Assembly: GCA_018304425.1 (NCBI GenBank)
Contig: JAGVWE010000005.1
Coordinates: 137,145 to 201,144, forward strand
DNA from: Candidatus Iainarchaeum sp.
GTDB lineage: Archaea > Iainarchaeota > Iainarchaeia > Iainarchaeales > UBA10219
Direction of reading: 5' to 3'
DNA length: 64,000 bases
Made by a program: the position numbers and the translations under genes. Positions 60,986-64,000 of this stretch are shown in pieces. How positions within the stretch are numbered: position 1 is the first letter of the stretch; each line of letters opens with the position of its first letter. The notes beneath the pieces are model-generated. The model ran no database searches and was not told where the DNA came from. It saw only the letters and a program-made list of their open reading frames with translations.

Positions 60986-61892
60986 CTTGAGCCTTTCGCT
61001 TTGCGGCGTCAAGCTCGCGAACCCCACCATCCTTGCCTCCGGCTTTTTGGGCGTTTCCCCGTTCACCCTGGAACGCGTGGGCCGCTGCGGCGTGGGCGCG
61101 GTGACCATGAAAAGCGTGGGCCCCAGGCCCTGGCCGGGTTACCCGAACCCCACCGTGGTCGCGAACGAGGAATTCATGTTGAACGCGGTGGGCCTGCCGA
61201 CGGCGGGCTATAAGAACATCGAACCAGAGTGGGAGGGCATGCGCAAGCTCAAAATCCCGTTCATTGCCAGCCTGTATGGCACGAGCCTGGAAGAGTATGC
61301 CGAGGTGGCCGCGGACTTCGCCGCGCGCAAGCCGCCCCTGATTGAGTTGGATTTGTCCTGCCCGCACGCCAAGAAAGGCGGCCACCAGTTCGCGACCAAC
61401 CTGGACCTGGCACGCAAGCTGGTCGAAAAAGTCAAGGCCGTTACCGGCCGAAGGGTGCCGGTGTTCGCCAAGCTCTCGCCGAATTGCCCGAACATCGGGG
61501 AAATCGCGGCCGCGTGCGAGGCGGCGGGCGCGGACGGGATTACGGCCATCAACACGGCTTCGGCCATGGCGATTGACATCGAGGCAAAGTGCCCCGTGCT
61601 GTACAACAAGCGCGGCGGCTTGAGCGGCCCGGCCCTGAAACCGATTGCCGTGAAGTGCGTCTACGACGTCTACGAGAAGGTCCACATCCCCATCATTGCC
61701 ACGGGCGGCATTTCGACTGGCAGGGACGCGGTCGAGTTGCTGATGGCGGGCGGCACCGGGCTCGGCATTGGCACCGCCATCTACTTGCGGGGCATCGATT
61801 GTTTCGAGAAGATTTGCGGCGAGATGGAGGCCTGGATGAAGGAGAACGGCTACACGAAAGTCAAACAGCTCACGGGGGCCGCGCATGAGTGA
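60972..61892 (+). CDS. pyrD: Dihydroorotate dehydrogenase, class 1B catalytic subunit
   Basis: LANPTILASG, NAVGLP, LSCPH, GGLSGPALKP and ATGGI motifs. Overlaps pyrB by 14 nt and pyrK by 8 nt. Confidence 0.93.
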   Translation: MARIDLSLSLCGVKLANPTILASGFLGVSPFTLERVGRCGVGAVTMKSVGPRPWPGYPNPTVVANEEFMLNAVGLPTAGYKNIEPEWEGMRKLKIPFIASLYGTSLEEYAEVAADFAARKPPLIELDLSCPHAKKGGHQFATNLDLARKLVEKVKAVTGRRVPVFAKLSPNCPNIGEIAAACEAAGADGITAINTASAMAIDIEAKCPVLYNKRGGLSGPALKPIAVKCVYDVYEKVHIPIIATGGISTGRDAVELLMAGGTGLGIGTAIYLRGIDCFEKICGEMEAWMKENGYTKVKQLTGAAHE

Positions 61893-62703
61893 ACGCAATG
61901 ACTTCCCAAGGATGGTGAGGGTCGCAAAGGTCGTGTGGGAGAACCCAAGCACCTGCACCATCCTGTTCGACGAGCGCATGGACGTCAAGCCCGGCCAGTA
62001 CGTCATGGTTTGGCTGCCCCGCGTGGACGAGAAGCCCATGAGCGTGACCTATGCCGGTGGAAAGGGGCTTGGGTTCACGGCCCTGGTCCACGGCGAGACC
62101 ACGCGGAAGATGGGCGCGCTGAAGAAAGGCGACCTCGTGGGCGTCCGCGGGCCCTATGGGAACTGGTTCGACTTCGCGAAGGCGAAAAAGGCGCTGCTGG
62201 TGGGTGGAGGCGTGGGAGTGCCACCGCTGGCGTTCCTGGCCGAGGAAATGGCTAAAAAGGGGATGCGCTCCATGTTTATCATGGGCGCGCGGTCGAAGGA
62301 CGGGTTGATGTTCGAGCAGCGGATTGGGAAAGCAGCCGAACTGCGGGTGTGCACGGATGACGGCTCCAAGGGGCGGAAGGCGCGCACCCCGGAACTGGTC
62401 GCGGAAGCCCTGGCCGGGGAACGGTTTGACTGCGTGTACACTTGTGGCCCGGAAATCATGATGAAAAAGGTGTTCGACGAATGCGAGAAGCGGGGAGTCG
62501 AGTGCCAGGCCTCGCTGGAACGCTACTTCAAGTGCGCGTTCGGGGCCTGCGGGCAATGCTGTTTGGACGACAAACTGGTGTGCGCGGATGGCACGGTGTT
62601 CGGCAGCGCGTTCCTGCGGAAGTCCAGTGAGTTCGGCCGGTACTCGTATGCGCGCACGGGTGCCAGGATCACGCTCGAGGAGTGGATGAAGCATGGAATG
62701 TGA
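61885..62703 (+). CDS. pyrK: Dihydroorotate dehydrogenase electron-transfer subunit (FAD / 2Fe-2S)
   Basis: Flavoreductase fold (KPGQYVMVWLP, GGGVGVPPL) and C-terminal cluster motif CAFGACGQCC...C. Confidence 0.9.
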   Translation: MSERNDFPRMVRVAKVVWENPSTCTILFDERMDVKPGQYVMVWLPRVDEKPMSVTYAGGKGLGFTALVHGETTRKMGALKKGDLVGVRGPYGNWFDFAKAKKALLVGGGVGVPPLAFLAEEMAKKGMRSMFIMGARSKDGLMFEQRIGKAAELRVCTDDGSKGRKARTPELVAEALAGERFDCVYTCGPEIMMKKVFDECEKRGVECQASLERYFKCAFGACGQCCLDDKLVCADGTVFGSAFLRKSSEFGRYSYARTGARITLEEWMKHGM

Positions 62704-64000
62704 GGTGGTCTTGAAGGGCGGGCGGGTGTTCACCGGAAAGAAGTTCGAGGCCGTGAACGTTGGGGTCAGCAAGGGCAGGATTACAGCCGTTGGGAAAGGG
62801 GTTCGAGGAAAAAAGTCAATCGATTGCAGGGGCCGGTGGGTGCTGCCCGCGGCCCTGGACGTCCACGTCCATGCCCGCGACTTCAAGGAGGCCGCGAAGG
62901 AGACCTGGCGCTCGGCCTCCAGCGCGGCCGCGCATGGGGGAGTGGGTTGTTTCTTCGACATGCCCAACAACCAGGGATTTGCCATGAATTCCCTGGCAAG
63001 GCTCCGGCAAAAGGAGTCAAGGGCCTTGAGGGACTCCCTGGTCGACTTTGGCTTGTATGCGGCCTTGGACGAGGCCTCCGTCGAAAACGCCCGGGCCCTG
63101 GCAAAGGACTGCGTGGGCTTCAAGCTCTACATGGCCGAGTCCACGAATGCCCGGGGGGCTAAGGGCCAGGAATTCCTGGAACGCGCGTTCCAGGCCGTGG
63201 CCAAGACCGGAAAAATTCTGGTAGTCCACGCCGAGGATCCCGAAACGATTGAACGCTTTGCCCGGCACGCCGGCAAGCGCACCGACCCCTACGCGCACTA
63301 TGACGCGCGCCCCAACCTCTCGGAGGCCGTGGCCGTGCACAAGGCCCTGTCATTGGCGGAACGGTTTGGCACGCGGCTCCACGTCACGCATGTCTCCACG
63401 CATGAGGCCCTGCCATTGATTGCGTTGGCCAAGAAAAAGAAGGTGGATGTCTCGGCTGACTGCTCGTTCACGCACCTCACGTTCAGCTTGTCCGACCATG
63501 AGCGGCACGCGCACTGCATCAAGGTCAACCCCCCGGTGAGAACGGAGGCCGACCGAGAAGCCCTGTGGATTGCCTTGCGGAAGGGCGTCATCGACTTCAT
63601 TGCCTCCGACCATGCACCCCACCCGAAGAAGGAAAAACTCGGCCCCAAGGGAAAGAACGTGCCCTCGGGCCTGCCGTGGCTCGATTTCTTCTTGCCACGC
63701 CTGCTGGCCCTTGCCAAGAAGCGGAAGGTACCGGTGGAAGAGGCGCTGGCCTGGGTCACGGAGAAGCCGGCCAAGCGGTTCAAGGTAAAGGACAAGGGGA
63801 GAATCGCGCGGGGCTTTGACGCGGACCTGGTGGTGTTCGACCCGCGCGCGGGGAGCCGCGTGACCGCGAAAGCCATGCACTCCAAGTCCAAGTGGCATCC
63901 CCTGGAAGGCGAGAAACTGCCTGGAAAGGTCGAAACAACCCTTATAAGGGGTTGCGTGGTGTTCGACAAAGGCAAGCCCTTAAGAAGGGGCTTCAAGGCC
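62693..64000 (+). CDS. pyrC: Dihydroorotase (amidohydrolase superfamily), 3'-truncated by the window edge
   Basis: Not in the supplied ORF track because there is no in-window stop. Hand translation from ATG 62693 is open for 436 codons: MECEVVLKGGRVF..., DVHVHARD (HxH), GFKLYM (carbamylated Lys), VVHAED, HVTHVST, IASDHAPH. Overlaps pyrK by 11 nt. Confidence 0.88.
   Translation, partial: MECEVVLKGGRVFTGKKFEAVNVGVSKGRITAVGKGVRGKKSIDCRGRWVLPAALDVHVHARDFKEAAKETWRSASSAAAHGGVGCFFDMPNNQGFAMNSLARLRQKESRALRDSLVDFGLYAALDEASVENARALAKDCVGFKLYMAESTNARGAKGQEFLERAFQAVAKTGKILVVHAEDPETIERFARHAGKRTDPYAHYDARPNLSEAVAVHKALSLAERFGTRLHVTHVSTHEALPLIALAKKKKVDVSADCSFTHLTFSLSDHERHAHCIKVNPPVRTEADREALWIALRKGVIDFIASDHAPHPKKEKLGPKGKNVPSGLPWLDFFLPRLLALAKKRKVPVEEALAWVTEKPAKRFKVKDKGRIARGFDADLVVFDPRAGSRVTAKAMHSKSKWHPLEGEKLPGKVETTLIRGCVVFDKGKPLRRGFKA

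Noticed and set aside
60014-62703. Absence of a pyrI (ATCase regulatory chain) gene after pyrB
   Set aside because: It may simply be encoded elsewhere in the genome, so absence within one window is not informative.
61870-63123. 417-aa minus-strand ORF, and the 63298..63996 minus-strand ORF
   Set aside because: Both are antisense to pyrK and to pyrC. The pyrC frame is open from 62693 to the window end and carries the full amidohydrolase metal-ligand motifs.

Overview
Dense, roughly 60% GC (spot counts only) chromosomal segment of an archaeon. Archaeal markers are r-proteins L44e and P0/P1, an L11-L1-P0-P1 / Spt5 / SecE / FtsZ neighbourhood, a bulge-helix-bulge tRNA intron, and YTTAAATA boxes 22-28 nt upstream of start codons. 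The lineage cannot be assigned from sequence alone.

Housekeeping content:
- leuS (5' partial) and argS.
- Six tRNAs: Arg-TCT, Gly-CCC, Leu-GAG, Ser-GGA with a 95-nt intron, Ala-CGC, Ser-CGA.
- nth, a rhodanese, HIT, FKBP, guaA and rpe.
- A glmS-glmM-LbH acetyltransferase operon.
- aspC, mdh and glycosyltransferases.
- An SMC gene split by a 551-aa LAGLIDADG intein in its P-loop.
- H+-pyrophosphatase and two Lon-protease-domain-only (S16) exoproteins.
- An eIF-2B-like gene.
- carA-carB divergent from pyrB-pyrD-pyrK-pyrC. pyrC runs off the 3' edge and is missing from the ORF track.

Accessory content:
- hicBA and vapBC toxin-antitoxin pairs.
- A visibly AT-richer island carrying an alpha/beta hydrolase.
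- A RelA/SpoT-type small alarmone synthetase homologue.
- A HerA/DUF87 ATPase with long unusual termini.

The most unusual signal is non-coding. Two families of short hairpin elements show compensatory stem changes between copies and are physically tied to tRNA genes.
- Family A: AT box, hairpin, ACGTAT linker, hairpin. Four copies.
- Family B: a TTTTTACAAAAG-loop hairpin, GCGAAAAG linker, second hairpin. Copies lie inside the tRNA-Ser intron, as a tandem pair 3' of tRNA-Gly, and at the head of an eight-hairpin array 5' of tRNA-Ala.

No rRNA, CRISPR array, transposase or integrase was seen. Many long antisense ORFs in the track are GC-driven shadows.
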